Position numbers and translations under genes: made by a program. A DNA stretch of 64,000 nt from Puniceicoccales bacterium (GTDB taxonomy: Bacteria; Verrucomicrobiota; Verrucomicrobiia; Opitutales; JAIRKQ01), in assembly GCA_031260055.1 (NCBI GenBank), contig JAIRKQ010000003.1, forward strand, positions 9,113 to 73,112, read 5' to 3'. Below are positions 9,699-20,178 of this stretch, piece after piece. Under the pieces are notes generated by a model, which had not been told where the DNA came from, made no database searches, and saw only the letters and a list, made by a program, of their open reading frames with translations. Every line of letters starts with the position of its first letter. The first letter of the stretch is position 1.

Positions 9699-10283
9699 GT
9701 GGTAGTACAGAGACTAAATAAACCACCGCCTACTTTTGATCAAATAGTAGCATTATTAAGCCCGAATAATTTCGATTCTAGTCCCTTAGAAAAGGACACG
9801 ACAGGGATAACGTTTGCTCAGGCAAAGGGAATTTTTGATAAACAAATACTACCAAAATACCAGCAACTAAATGGGTTACCATTGCCTCAGCGCGATTACA
9901 TTGGGAATTATTTCGCAAGCATGCTTACGGAAGGCAATACGATTGCATTTTCGATGGCAGTATGCCTAGCGATGGGGGTTTTGTATAAACAAAGATTGGA
10001 AGATTTGCTGCCTGCAGAGATTGATGCCAATGGAATCCTTGAAGATAGAGCTATGAAGATGAGAGAAAACGCTGTCGGATCACTTGCCAGCGTTATGGCG
10101 AACAACGGTGGGAATTATGAAATCATTCAAGACTATCTTTTCAGTCAACAGGAGCAAGGATCATGGTCAGATTCTTCCAAAGCACTTAAGTATTTTTTGT
10201 ATTCACAGATTTGCGAAGAATCTAAATTTGCACCCATTGGGGGACGAGGGAGATTTTTCTTCGGTGAATTTTCGCCGGAGTAA
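9699..10283 (+). CDS. Hypothetical protein (no recognisable family)
   Basis: 194-codon ORF with only a GTG start. An out-of-frame ATG at 9647 lies upstream of an A8 tract (see findings). No motifs recognised. Confidence 0.4.
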   Translation: MVVQRLNKPPPTFDQIVALLSPNNFDSSPLEKDTTGITFAQAKGIFDKQILPKYQQLNGLPLPQRDYIGNYFASMLTEGNTIAFSMAVCLAMGVLYKQRLEDLLPAEIDANGILEDRAMKMRENAVGSLASVMANNGGNYEIIQDYLFSQQEQGSWSDSSKALKYFLYSQICEESKFAPIGGRGRFFFGEFSPE

Positions 10284-10361
10284 TTTCAAAGTCCGTATTT
10301 TGAAAAAACAGGGAAGTTAAAGGATCAGTCAGGGGAGTCAGAGGGTCGGTATATAAAATCC

Positions 10362-10928
10362 ATGGTATTTTATAAGGCATTTACGGCCATAGGATTGGGC
10401 AAGCTGAGGAATGTAACATACAATGGCAATCAAAATTTCCTGGGTACTACCCCTGAAGGTAAGCGCTACATTTCTGTTGCATGGGCTGTGCGTACCGAAA
10501 CAATGGTAGGATACAAAGGTCTAGGGTTGTTTGACGCCGATGAATCCATGTTTACTTCTGGCATTCCAAATGGAATTGCGGATTCGGCATCTTTGGGAGA
10601 TCCACCGGCTGCTTGGAGCGGAAACGATGAATATGAAACCCACAGAATGCAGGTTCCAATTTGTAATTTTTTTGCGGCATATTTTTTGTCCCCTGAGCTA
10701 TGCCGTGAAGGTCTTGCCGCAACTCAAAATATGGTCCTCTATCCAAAATTTAAATATACTCCAGAAAAAGCGAAAGAAATAAGTAAATCTTTAAGGTTTC
10801 AGCGTGAACTTATTTGCGATATGAGCACGAGTTCTCCAATTAAAGTCGTACCATATCAACCTCCTACACCTTTGCCTGCACGGCAAGCACAATCAACAAG
10901 TGGGACTGGGGCTAAAAGAAAAAAATAA
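10362..10928 (+). CDS. Hypothetical protein with Pro-rich, basic C-terminal tail (..GAKRKK)
   Basis: 188-codon ATG ORF on the same strand as its neighbours. No family recognised. Confidence 0.5.
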   Translation: MVFYKAFTAIGLGKLRNVTYNGNQNFLGTTPEGKRYISVAWAVRTETMVGYKGLGLFDADESMFTSGIPNGIADSASLGDPPAAWSGNDEYETHRMQVPICNFFAAYFLSPELCREGLAATQNMVLYPKFKYTPEKAKEISKSLRFQRELICDMSTSSPIKVVPYQPPTPLPARQAQSTSGTGAKRKK

Positions 10929-10971
10929 TTTTTTATTGCAAAAATAAAAGTGTAACAGCATATATTAAGTC

Positions 10972-11277
10972 ATGAATAATATTAACATAGGTTCTCTTCC
11001 GATAGAAATTGTAAAGGTTTATAATTTTGAACGGGTGGATATTCGCATAGGTAAAAACCTTGCTGCTATTATGGAAACTACACCATTTCTCGCGGCTAAT
11101 GGGATGGTTTATTTGGTTACGGTTGATTATAATAATTCCCCCTGGGAAAGCATGATATCCTGTGGAGGAGTTAATGGTTGTACGGATGATAAGCGCATTT
11201 TACAGATTTCCAATAAGGTTAATAACTTTGAATTAACCGAAAGAGATGTGGGGACGATTTATCCCCCAGAAGAGTAA
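10972..11277 (+). CDS. Hypothetical small acidic protein
   Basis: 101-codon ATG ORF, third of the orphan trio. No family recognised. Confidence 0.45.
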   Translation: MNNINIGSLPIEIVKVYNFERVDIRIGKNLAAIMETTPFLAANGMVYLVTVDYNNSPWESMISCGGVNGCTDDKRILQISNKVNNFELTERDVGTIYPPEE

Positions 11278-11473
11278 AGGCGATAAGTTTTTTGGCTTTT
11301 ATGATGGGTATTTTTCGATATGATAAATAAAGAAATCGAAAGGTAAGATATTGTTTTCAGAATGATGTTTTTACGTGCGTTGGCTTTAAAATGACACTGG
11401 AATGGACCCCGTTGGATGAATTCTTTCCAAGAATAATCTTTCAAAATGAGCATAGGCTGATATGTAGTACAGA

Positions 11474-12127
11474 ATGCGAGATTTTATCACTGTGGCCATC
11501 GATGGAGCTGCAGCTTCGGGGAAAACCTCAACGGCGCTGCGAATAGCCGACAAGTATAAATTTTTAGCTGCATCGACGGGTTCCTATTACCGGGCAATTA
11601 CATTAAAAATGATGGCTGCCAATATAAGTAGCGACGATGTTTCGGGCATGCAGCATTTCCTTGGAGAAATCGTCCTTGAAACAAAAATCACTGGAAATAT
11701 CTCAAACATAACCATCGATGGCAAAAGTTTTGAAGAAAAGGAATTGCGAACCCAGCAGGTGAATAAAAATGTCGCCTCCTATGCCACCATTCCCGCTGTT
11801 AGACAGCGTTTATTATCATATCAGAGGTCACAAATTAGCGAAGCCCGTACCAATGGATTTCGTGGATTAATCATGGAAGGTAGGGATATAACGAGCGTAA
11901 TTTTGCCAGATGCAGATCTGCGGTTTTTTTTAGAAGCCAGTGCACAGGAACGTTTATTTCGTAGGGAAAATGATTGGGAACATGACTACATAGCCGAACG
12001 CGATAAAATTGACATCGGGAGAACCATACGGCAAAATGGTGTGCACAAAATTGATACAGGAATCAATGACTTGGGCGTCGTTGTGACGATGATTTCTACT
12101 GAAATAGACAAAATTTTGTCTACCTAG
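11474..12127 (+). CDS. cmk: Cytidylate kinase
   Basis: ITVAIDGAAASGKTSTALRIADKY P-loop followed by STGSYYRA. Length of 217 aa is typical of Cmk. Confidence 0.9.
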   Translation: MRDFITVAIDGAAASGKTSTALRIADKYKFLAASTGSYYRAITLKMMAANISSDDVSGMQHFLGEIVLETKITGNISNITIDGKSFEEKELRTQQVNKNVASYATIPAVRQRLLSYQRSQISEARTNGFRGLIMEGRDITSVILPDADLRFFLEASAQERLFRRENDWEHDYIAERDKIDIGRTIRQNGVHKIDTGINDLGVVVTMISTEIDKILST

Positions 12128-12180
12128 GACGCAAATCTTTTTGAGATATTTGGTATCTTTTCATGTGAAACACCCAGTCA

Positions 12181-12573
12181 TTATTTGACCGTAATGATGA
12201 AAATAGCAGAAACTACGATGTTACAAAGGGCGATATAAACCGCTGCACTTGCGGTGTCTTTGGCTTTTTTGGCGAGGGGGAATTTCCTATTTGGAGATGC
12301 AAAATTTACGACGGATTCGATGGCGGTATTTAAACATTCTGCAATTAGTAATATGAAGAAATCGACGACCAATAGAAAAAACTTCCAACTCCAACCAAGA
12401 AACCAAAAACAAATCGGCAAAATCACTATCCCGCATACGAGTTCTACCCGAAATGGTCGTTCGTGGCGCATAAAACGCATACCACTAATGGAATAACTCA
12501 GCGGGTTGACAATATATCGCCATAGGAAAATTATACATAGCCTGAATAATCTTCTAAAAATTTTCCTTTGCAT
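12181..12573 (-). CDS. dgkA: Diacylglycerol kinase (DgkA family, 3 TM)
   Basis: 130 aa. The LIAECLNTAIESVVN and AKDTASAAV blocks match the DgkA EILNSAIEAVVD / AKDMGSAAV core. Confidence 0.85.
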   Translation of the reverse strand: MQRKIFRRLFRLCIIFLWRYIVNPLSYSISGMRFMRHERPFRVELVCGIVILPICFWFLGWSWKFFLLVVDFFILLIAECLNTAIESVVNFASPNRKFPLAKKAKDTASAAVYIALCNIVVSAIFIITVK

Positions 12574-12636
12574 ACTAAAAATTTTCGTTAACTCTCCTTA
12601 AAAAATTTATAAAAGACTTAAGAAATTAGACTGTCG

Positions 12637-14568
12637 ATGCAACAGGAAAATACTCAGGAAGAATATTGGGAAACGTTGTTGTGTAAACTTGGAGCTTTGC
12701 TCGTAATTTTTTCTGGCGTACGATTTTTGTTTCTTTGCGGTAACTACAAGATGTTCGCAAGTGAGCCTCCATGGCACATCTTTAAAGCATTCGTGGTAGG
12801 AATAAGGTTTGATTTGGCAACCATTGCAATCTTTAACCTGCCGGTTTGGGGATTTTGGTCACTACCTTTTAAACTTCGTTCTTGGAAATTTTTTAACGCC
12901 ATTGCGACAGGCTGGTTTCTTGTGGCCAATTTTTTAGCTTTGCTCGTCAACATTATAGATGCAAAATATTTCTCTTTTACATTTAAAAGGATGTCGGGAG
13001 AAATATTTGGAGAGTCCGTATTATTAACGGAAGATCCATCCATATATGTCCACATGTTGGTGGAATACTGGTATATCGTTCTTGGCGGTCTAATATTGAT
13101 ATATGCCCTATTCCTCGTGGCCTTTAAATTTAATCTAACAAACAAAACCGACAAAATTGAAAAGCGGGATTTCACCTACTCCTTTATTTCCATAATGCTA
13201 TTAATCGTGTGCGTTCGTGGAGGACTGCAACGTAAACCTTTAAAACCAGTTGATGCTAATATTTATGCACCCAGTATGCGGATGGCATGTTTAGTGAACA
13301 ATTCGGCTTTTAACATTTTTCACACGAGTAAAAGAGCAAATCTACCGCGATACGACTATTTTGCTGATGGCGATAACAGATTATCCAAAATATCTTCCAG
13401 GCATGAACCTGGAAAATTTTGTGACATATGCAGGGATTTTCAGGGCAAAAATGTATTCGTAATTATTTTGGAAAGTTTTTCAGCGGAATATATCGGAGCG
13501 CTTGATAGGGAGTTCAAAGAATTGCCAATCACGACATTCACTCCATTTTTGGATTCCCTTATAGAGAAAAGCTATATTTTTGATGGGTTTGCCAATGGAA
13601 CAGTATCCATAGATGGTTTAACATCCATGATGTTAAGTATTCCTCCTTTGCTAGATACATCATATATAATCAGTGCATACGGTGAAAATGCCGTAAATTC
13701 ATTGGCATCAATTTTAAAGAAGGATGGATACAAAACATTATTTTTCTACGGCGGGAAGAGTAACTCTTGTAATTTTGGGAGCCTAACAAGCAAGGCACAA
13801 TTTGACAAATGTTATTGCCAATACGATTATGACGGCCCCGCTTCAGACATTAGCGGCTGGGGTGTGTACGATGAAGAATTTTTTCAGTTTGTCGCAAGGC
13901 GGGTGAATAAAACAAAGAAACCTTTTCTTTCAGTTTTGTTTTCACTGTCGTCCCATCATCCATTTCTATATCCCCAACGGTTGCATGGGAAGTTTCCAAA
14001 GGGCAATGAAAAATTACAAGAACTCATAGCCTATACGGATTATTCTTTACAAAAATTTTTTGAAACAGCAGAGCGAATGGATTGGTATAAGGATACGTTG
14101 TTCGTTTTGGTAGCCGATCACACAGCTTGTCCCCAGCAAAAGTATTACCAAAATACCCTAGGAGGCTACTCGATTCCAATAATATTTTTCGATCCAAATG
14201 GCAAATTAATCGGAAAATCCACTGAAGTTGCACAGCAGATCGATATTATGCCATCAATTTTGGATTTGGTTGGAAGCAAGCACAATTATTTCTCATTTGG
14301 TTCTAGCCTGTTTGACCCGAAGGCTCCAAGATTCGCCATAAGTTACAAAAATGGAATTTATCAGCTGATCACAAAAGATTTTGTTTGCAAGTTCGACGGT
14401 AGAGATGTTGTCGGCCTTTACCAGAGGTCAGACTTTCTTTTGGGAAACAACCTAGCGAAAGATCCAAAATTCTTTGTGGAGAAAGAAAATTTACGAGATT
14501 TCACCAAAGCTTTCTTGCAACACTATGGCAAAAGCATTAAAAATAATGCCATGATCGTTGCCGATTAA
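12637..14568 (+). CDS. LTA-synthase/OpgB-like phosphoglycerol transferase (N-terminal TM domain + alkaline-phosphatase/sulfatase domain)
   Basis: About 5 N-terminal TM helices are followed by FVIILESFSAEYIG, a GT nucleophile region (ANGTVSIDGLTS), SSHHPF and VADHT. There is no Cys/Ser-x-P-x-R sulfatase motif, so it is LtaS/MdoB-type rather than a true sulfatase. Confidence 0.7.
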   Translation: MQQENTQEEYWETLLCKLGALLVIFSGVRFLFLCGNYKMFASEPPWHIFKAFVVGIRFDLATIAIFNLPVWGFWSLPFKLRSWKFFNAIATGWFLVANFLALLVNIIDAKYFSFTFKRMSGEIFGESVLLTEDPSIYVHMLVEYWYIVLGGLILIYALFLVAFKFNLTNKTDKIEKRDFTYSFISIMLLIVCVRGGLQRKPLKPVDANIYAPSMRMACLVNNSAFNIFHTSKRANLPRYDYFADGDNRLSKISSRHEPGKFCDICRDFQGKNVFVIILESFSAEYIGALDREFKELPITTFTPFLDSLIEKSYIFDGFANGTVSIDGLTSMMLSIPPLLDTSYIISAYGENAVNSLASILKKDGYKTLFFYGGKSNSCNFGSLTSKAQFDKCYCQYDYDGPASDISGWGVYDEEFFQFVARRVNKTKKPFLSVLFSLSSHHPFLYPQRLHGKFPKGNEKLQELIAYTDYSLQKFFETAERMDWYKDTLFVLVADHTACPQQKYYQNTLGGYSIPIIFFDPNGKLIGKSTEVAQQIDIMPSILDLVGSKHNYFSFGSSLFDPKAPRFAISYKNGIYQLITKDFVCKFDGRDVVGLYQRSDFLLGNNLAKDPKFFVEKENLRDFTKAFLQHYGKSIKNNAMIVAD

Positions 14569-14571
14569 ATC

Positions 14572-16509
14572 ATGGACAAAAATGTTCCAAATATAGAAAA
14601 GCCGTTTGTTGCGCCGTGGTCGACATTTATAGCTTCCTTTGTGTTTATAGTATTTATCCTGTGGCTTTCCCACATTTCTCTTGTTGCATCTTTTCCAGAT
14701 TTACTGAAAAGAGTTACTACCTATAACCTATCAATGTTTGTACGAAGAGCATGGCAATTTGATTGTCGCATTGGAGGAATGCTGATTTTCCCATTTTTCG
14801 TCACTTCTTTGCTTTTTTGTAAATCGGAAAGGTTGCAAGAAAAATTATCAAATTTTTTTAAATTCATCGTTTCGTTGTTTGCGTGTATAACGGTTATCCT
14901 GGCCGTCATCGAGATCGGATATTTTAAAGAATACAATGATAGATTTAATTTTTGGGTTTTTAATTTTCTGTTTGATGATCAAAAGGCAATTCTATCAACG
15001 ATTAGAAAAAGTTACAATCTATTGGGTGTATCGGCGATCATAATATTTGTATCCGCTGGTTTGACATTTCTTTACTGGAAATTGGTTTCGAAGATCACCC
15101 TAGAAAAACACAGAAATGTTTGGACTATGTCAATTTTCACCCTATTTATGGGCATATTTCTCATAGTCGCAGCCCGTGGTTCCGTGTCAAGACGTCCTCT
15201 TCAACAAATCGACGTTGCCATAACGGGCAATAAATTTCTTAACAAATGCGTACCAAATGCATACTATGCCATGTACTATGCGTGGAAAGATTTTCTACAT
15301 TCAAATAATATCAAATGCATACAAAAATCGTGTTCCCGGGAACATGTGCAAGCGGCACTAACGCTTTTAGGATCCCCGACCGATGACATTGATAAGTTTA
15401 TCTCCCGTACTGCAAATGGTGCGAAATTATCCCGGAAACCAAAACATATTTTTTTAATAGTTATGGAAAGCCAGGACAATTGGCCATTTCTGCCCGAAAA
15501 CGGCGAATTAAACCTGTGTCCGAACCTTGCGAGACTAGCAAAGGAAGGTTTATACTTCAAAAATTTTGTCCCCACCGGCCAAGGGACGATGTCTGCCATA
15601 GCTGTGCAAATGTGTAATTATCCCAACATGGGTTTTCTAATTAATTGTTCGAAAAATGGGCTAGAAAATTGTGAACTATCCGTGGGGACCCTATTCCAAA
15701 GGTTGGGCTACGGGACAAATTTTTACTATGCCGGGTATTTGAGCTGGCAACGCGTAGATCGATTTGCACCCATACACGGCTATCAGCATTGTTACGGTGG
15801 AGATGTAATGGGAGCCTATGAAGGAAATGAATGGGGAGTGAACGACAAGGATCTTTTTACTTTTATAGAAAAGAATTTTTCCCCGGACAGGGATAGTTTT
15901 AACTTGATTTTGACGGCTTCCAATCATCCTCCCTATAGCGTTGATCTGGTTGCCGAAGGTGTTCCACTGGAACATATCGCTAAATATGTTGACGGTCAAA
16001 AAAAAGTAAAATATCTCGGCCATACCTGGTATGCAGATAGATGTGTGGGAGACTTTATAGATGCCATTGAAAAACTCACCGACGATGCTCTATTCGTGAT
16101 AACCGGTGACCATTTTTCACGAAAACACCGTCGATCGCAATTTTCTCTGTTCGACGAATGGACCGTCCCTCTAATTATATACGGAAAGAATTTCAATGGG
16201 GAGCTGAAGAAATATTCAGTCCATGCTGGTAGCCAAGTTGACATCGTTCGGACGATAATCGAATTGGTTGCAGAAAAGGGTTTCGACTACGCAAGTTTCG
16301 GTAAAGACCTACTATCCAATGACGAGATTTGCGAAGGTTATTGCACAGGGGTTACCATAACCGACAAATACATTGTGACCAATGATAATAAAAACATTGG
16401 GATGATTTCGGACTGTTCAACATCGGTAAGTGAAAGTGAACGGGAACGTGCCATATCTCGGAACCATGCATGGCAAACCCTCGCGAAGTGGAAATTTTTC
16501 CATTTCTAA
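14572..16509 (+). CDS. LTA-synthase/OpgB-like phosphoglycerol transferase, tandem paralogue
   Basis: Same architecture as its neighbour: TM N-terminus, IFLIVMESQDNWPF, TGQGTMSAI, ASNHPPY and ITGDHF. It starts 3 nt after the previous stop. Confidence 0.7.
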   Translation: MDKNVPNIEKPFVAPWSTFIASFVFIVFILWLSHISLVASFPDLLKRVTTYNLSMFVRRAWQFDCRIGGMLIFPFFVTSLLFCKSERLQEKLSNFFKFIVSLFACITVILAVIEIGYFKEYNDRFNFWVFNFLFDDQKAILSTIRKSYNLLGVSAIIIFVSAGLTFLYWKLVSKITLEKHRNVWTMSIFTLFMGIFLIVAARGSVSRRPLQQIDVAITGNKFLNKCVPNAYYAMYYAWKDFLHSNNIKCIQKSCSREHVQAALTLLGSPTDDIDKFISRTANGAKLSRKPKHIFLIVMESQDNWPFLPENGELNLCPNLARLAKEGLYFKNFVPTGQGTMSAIAVQMCNYPNMGFLINCSKNGLENCELSVGTLFQRLGYGTNFYYAGYLSWQRVDRFAPIHGYQHCYGGDVMGAYEGNEWGVNDKDLFTFIEKNFSPDRDSFNLILTASNHPPYSVDLVAEGVPLEHIAKYVDGQKKVKYLGHTWYADRCVGDFIDAIEKLTDDALFVITGDHFSRKHRRSQFSLFDEWTVPLIIYGKNFNGELKKYSVHAGSQVDIVRTIIELVAEKGFDYASFGKDLLSNDEICEGYCTGVTITDKYIVTNDNKNIGMISDCSTSVSESERERAISRNHAWQTLAKWKFFHF

Positions 16510-16675
16510 GATTCGTCATCCCTTATTATTTCCCAAAACCAAGCTTCCATCGTTGTGTATTTCGGGGTTCAAGTTGTCAAAGAAAGTGTGGTTTTGCATA
16601 AAAAATACTTGCTTTGTTGATGACTTTTAATTCTACTCACAGAGAAATTTAAAAAAAGTAAATGAAAGTAATTGA

Positions 16676-17053
16676 ATGCCGACGATTAATCAGTTGATAA
16701 AGAGACCTCGCATCCGAAAGATTGCGAAAACTAAAGCTCCGTCCCTCGATCAAAATCCGTTCAGGCGGGGAACATGTATCCAGGTCATGACGCGTACGCC
16801 GAAAAAGCCGAATTCAGCCGTGCGAAAAGTCACGAAGGTACGTCTAACCAATGGGAATGAAGTTATTGCGTATATTCCCGACGAAGGGCATAAGTTACAA
16901 GAACACAGTGTGGTTTTGGTTCGTGGAGGACGTGTGAAAGACTTGCCGGGTGTGAGGTATCACGTTGTGCGTGGGGCCCTTGACTGTTCAGGTGTTGAAA
17001 AACGTCGTAGAAGTCGTTCGAAGTATGGGGTTAAACGTCCTAAACAGAAGTAA
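16676..17053 (+). CDS. rpsL: 30S ribosomal protein S12
   Basis: [12 protein letters not shown] ... [12 protein letters not shown] ... [16 protein letters not shown]. Confidence 0.97.
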   Translation: MPTINQLIKRPRIRKIAKTKAPSLDQNPFRRGTCIQVMTRTPKKPNSAVRKVTKVRLTNGNEVIAYIPDEGHKLQEHSVVLVRGGRVKDLPGVRYHVVRGALDCSGVEKRRRSRSKYGVKRPKQK

Positions 17054-17075
17054 TTTTTAACCGAGGAATGGTAAA

Positions 17076-17549
17076 ATGTCTCGTAGAAGAAAAGCTGTAA
17101 AGCGCCAAGTTGAAAAGGATCCCCGTTATGGTAATACGTTGATTTCCCAATTGGTTAATATGATCATGCAGAGAGGGAAAAAGAATCTAGCCAGGTCGAT
17201 AGTTTACAATGCCATTGAACGTGTCAGTGAAAAACTCGGCAAAGGGGATCCCATTGATTTGCTTTTAGGAGCCCTTGAAAATTCACGGCCAAAGGTAGAA
17301 GTCAAAAGTCGACGCGTTGGTGGTGCGACCTATCAAATTCCCGTAGAAATACCCTATGAGCGTCAACATTCGTTGGTATTTCGGTGGATGATTGAATTTG
17401 CACAAACAAGGAAGGGATTACCCATGAACGAAGCATTGGCGCAGGAAATCGTGGATGCTTATAATAATACTGGTTCCGTTGTGAAAAAAAAGGATGATGT
17501 TCAACGTATGGCACAGGCAAATCGTGCATTTGCACATTTACGTTGGTAG
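17076..17549 (+). CDS. rpsG: 30S ribosomal protein S7
   Basis: MSRRRKAVKRQVEKDPRYGN ... VEVKSRRVGGATYQIPVE ... ANRAFAHLRW. Confidence 0.97.
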   Translation: MSRRRKAVKRQVEKDPRYGNTLISQLVNMIMQRGKKNLARSIVYNAIERVSEKLGKGDPIDLLLGALENSRPKVEVKSRRVGGATYQIPVEIPYERQHSLVFRWMIEFAQTRKGLPMNEALAQEIVDAYNNTGSVVKKKDDVQRMAQANRAFAHLRW

Positions 17550-17564
17550 AGAGGGATATAGGCA

Positions 17565-19712
17565 ATGGTAAAGGAAATTTCGAATGTTAATTCTAAAAAT
17601 CGCGGTACTCCACTGGAATATACGCGCAACATTGGAATCGCCGCACACATAGATGCTGGCAAAACCACAACAACCGAACGAATTTTGTTCTATACGGGTG
17701 TCGTTCATAAGATAGGGGAAGTTCATGAGGGAACGACAGTCACCGACTGGATGGAACAGGAAAAAGAACGGGGAATAACGATTACATCGGCTGCTATTTC
17801 CTGCGGATGGAGTACCAAAGAGGGACCATACGCTAATATTAAACATCGAATTAATTTGATAGATACCCCCGGACACGTTGACTTTACTGCGGAGGTGGAA
17901 CGTTCGTTGCGTGTTCTCGACGGGGCGGTTGCGGTTTTTTGCGGTGTGGCGGGAGTACAGCCGCAATCTGAGACTGTTTGGCGACAGATGGATAAATATA
18001 GTGTGCCACGCATTGCGTTTATTAACAAAATGGACAGAGTTGGGGCCAATTTTTTAGGGGCAATTCAGGATATCCGCGAAAAGTTGGGAGGAAATGCCCA
18101 TCCATTATTTTTAAACATTGGGGTCGGAGAAAAACTGTGCGGGCTAGTTGACCTGGTAAAAATGTGTGCCTACATCTACCGTGATGATTCGATAAACGGT
18201 GTGCAATATGACACAGTGGACATTCCCACCGATATGGAAGCAGAGGCTAAACAATATCGGGAATCCTTGATCGAAGTGCTGGCAGATTTTGATGATACGA
18301 TTGCGGATAAGTATTTGGAAGGTCAGCCCATAGGGGAAGATGAGTTGCGCATTGCCATAAGGAAGGCGACTCTTTCGATGAGGTTTATCGGAGTTATTCC
18401 GGGAAGTGCCTTTAAAAACAAGGGAGTTCAAATGTTGCTCGACGCCGTTGTGAACTACCTTCCGAGTCCCTTAGACTTGCCTCCAGTCAGAGCATTTAGA
18501 GACGATGATAGTAACGAAGAAACATCGATTGTTCCAGACGATGGAGCCAAGGTTGCCGCTCTGGCATTCAAGTTGATGACCGATCCATTCGTTGGAAAAT
18601 TAATCTTTTGCCGTGTATACGCCGGTCAATTGAAAAAAGGCGAAGTGGTGTATAATCCTCGTACAAGGAAATCCGAACGGGTGAGTCGCCTTATTTTGAT
18701 GAAAGCAGACGCACGGGAAGATATAGATGTTGCCTATTCCGGTGATATTTGTGCGGTTATTGGAATTAGAGGTGTGGTAACAGGAGACACTCTGTGTGAC
18801 AAGGACCTTGACTTGGTTCTTGAGCCGCCAACGTTTCCAGACCCTGTTATTAGCATGTCCATAGAGCCAAAATCAAAGGCAGACCAAATGAAGTTATCGC
18901 TGGGACTTCAAAGGCTAGCGGAGGAGGATCCCACATTTAGGGTTTCCAGTAATCAGGAAACGGGACAAACAATTATTTCCGGCATGGGAGAGCTGCACCT
19001 AGATATCATAAGAGATCGTTTATTTAGAGAATTTAAAGTTGAGGCTGATGCAGGACGGCCGCAGATTGCCTATCGCGAGACGATCACAACCGAAGCAACC
19101 GGCGAAGGAAAATTTATTCGACAATCCGGAGGTCGTGGCCAATATGGACATGCGATCATTAAGCTTGAACCAGCTGAAAAAGGCAAGGGCGTGGAGGTTG
19201 TCAATGAAATCGTTGGTGGTGTCATTCCGAAAGAATACATTAAGCCTACCCAGGAAGGCATTTTGGAAGGAGCACGGACGGGGGTCATTGCGGGCTATCC
19301 TGTCGTAGATTTTATCGCCAGAATTGTCGATGGTAGTTTCCATGAAGTTGATTCTTCGGAAATGGCGTTTAAAATGGCTGGCATTTTCGGTTTCAAAGAG
19401 GCAATGCGCAAGGCGAATCCGATTTTACTCGAGCCCATCATGCGTGTCGATGTTGCCACGCCGGAAGAATATCAAGGGGATATTGTTGGAGATTTGAATC
19501 GACGTCGTGGACAAATTCAAGGAATAGAGTCAAAAAACAATCTTACGGTAATCTGCGCATTTGTTCCGCTCGAGATGATGTTTGGGTATGCGACAGACGT
19601 CCGTTCATTGTCAAAGGGACGAGCGACATACACCATGGAACCTTCTCATTTTGAACAGGTACCAGCAAGTTTGTTGACGAAAATTATTGAAAACTCTACG
19701 GGAAATAAATAG
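17565..19712 (+). CDS. fusA: Elongation factor G
   Basis: [33 protein letters not shown] and FINKMDR GTPase motifs. 715 aa. Confidence 0.97.
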   Translation: MVKEISNVNSKNRGTPLEYTRNIGIAAHIDAGKTTTTERILFYTGVVHKIGEVHEGTTVTDWMEQEKERGITITSAAISCGWSTKEGPYANIKHRINLIDTPGHVDFTAEVERSLRVLDGAVAVFCGVAGVQPQSETVWRQMDKYSVPRIAFINKMDRVGANFLGAIQDIREKLGGNAHPLFLNIGVGEKLCGLVDLVKMCAYIYRDDSINGVQYDTVDIPTDMEAEAKQYRESLIEVLADFDDTIADKYLEGQPIGEDELRIAIRKATLSMRFIGVIPGSAFKNKGVQMLLDAVVNYLPSPLDLPPVRAFRDDDSNEETSIVPDDGAKVAALAFKLMTDPFVGKLIFCRVYAGQLKKGEVVYNPRTRKSERVSRLILMKADAREDIDVAYSGDICAVIGIRGVVTGDTLCDKDLDLVLEPPTFPDPVISMSIEPKSKADQMKLSLGLQRLAEEDPTFRVSSNQETGQTIISGMGELHLDIIRDRLFREFKVEADAGRPQIAYRETITTEATGEGKFIRQSGGRGQYGHAIIKLEPAEKGKGVEVVNEIVGGVIPKEYIKPTQEGILEGARTGVIAGYPVVDFIARIVDGSFHEVDSSEMAFKMAGIFGFKEAMRKANPILLEPIMRVDVATPEEYQGDIVGDLNRRRGQIQGIESKNNLTVICAFVPLEMMFGYATDVRSLSKGRATYTMEPSHFEQVPASLLTKIIENSTGNK

Positions 19713-19727
19713 AGGAGGCTTTGCTAT

Positions 19728-20069
19728 ATGACAGTGAAAAAAACCAAATCAACCACGAAGCAAAAAATTAGAATAAAGCTGAAAAGTTTTGATTATCGCT
19801 TGGCCGACCAGGCTGGTATCGATATCGTCGAGGCTGCCAAACGTTCCGGTGCCCATGTTGCTGGACCGATCCCGCTGCCAATGAATATTAAAAAATTTTG
19901 CGTTAATAGGTCACCCCACGTTAACAAGAAATCATCGGATCAATTTGAAATAAGGTCCCATAGTAGGCTCATTGACATTTTTGAGCCAACGGCCGATACC
20001 GTTGATTCGCTAAAAAAATTAAATTTACCGGCAGGTGTTGAAATAAAAATTGATTTAATGGCTGCCTAA
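19728..20069 (+). CDS. rpsJ: 30S ribosomal protein S10
   Basis: [16 protein letters not shown] ... GPIPLP ... [22 protein letters not shown]. Confidence 0.95.
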   Translation: MTVKKTKSTTKQKIRIKLKSFDYRLADQAGIDIVEAAKRSGAHVAGPIPLPMNIKKFCVNRSPHVNKKSSDQFEIRSHSRLIDIFEPTADTVDSLKKLNLPAGVEIKIDLMAA

Positions 20070-20178
20070 TTGAAATTTGTGCTTGCATTTTAACCAATGT
20101 AAGATTTATAGAAGCTAAATCTAAAGCAGGGGTAAAGGCCTGCCGCTTAGTATGAAAGAAAAAAAGAGGAACATTTTA

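Noticed and set aside
20126-20143. The hairpin GCAGG-N8-CCTGC in the 82 nt rpsJ-rplC spacer, as a possible L4-responsive attenuator or internal promoter region.
   Set aside because: It is only a 5 bp stem with no T tract. Promoter-like hexamers nearby (TTGCAT..TATAGA) are weak. The evidence is insufficient to call a feature.
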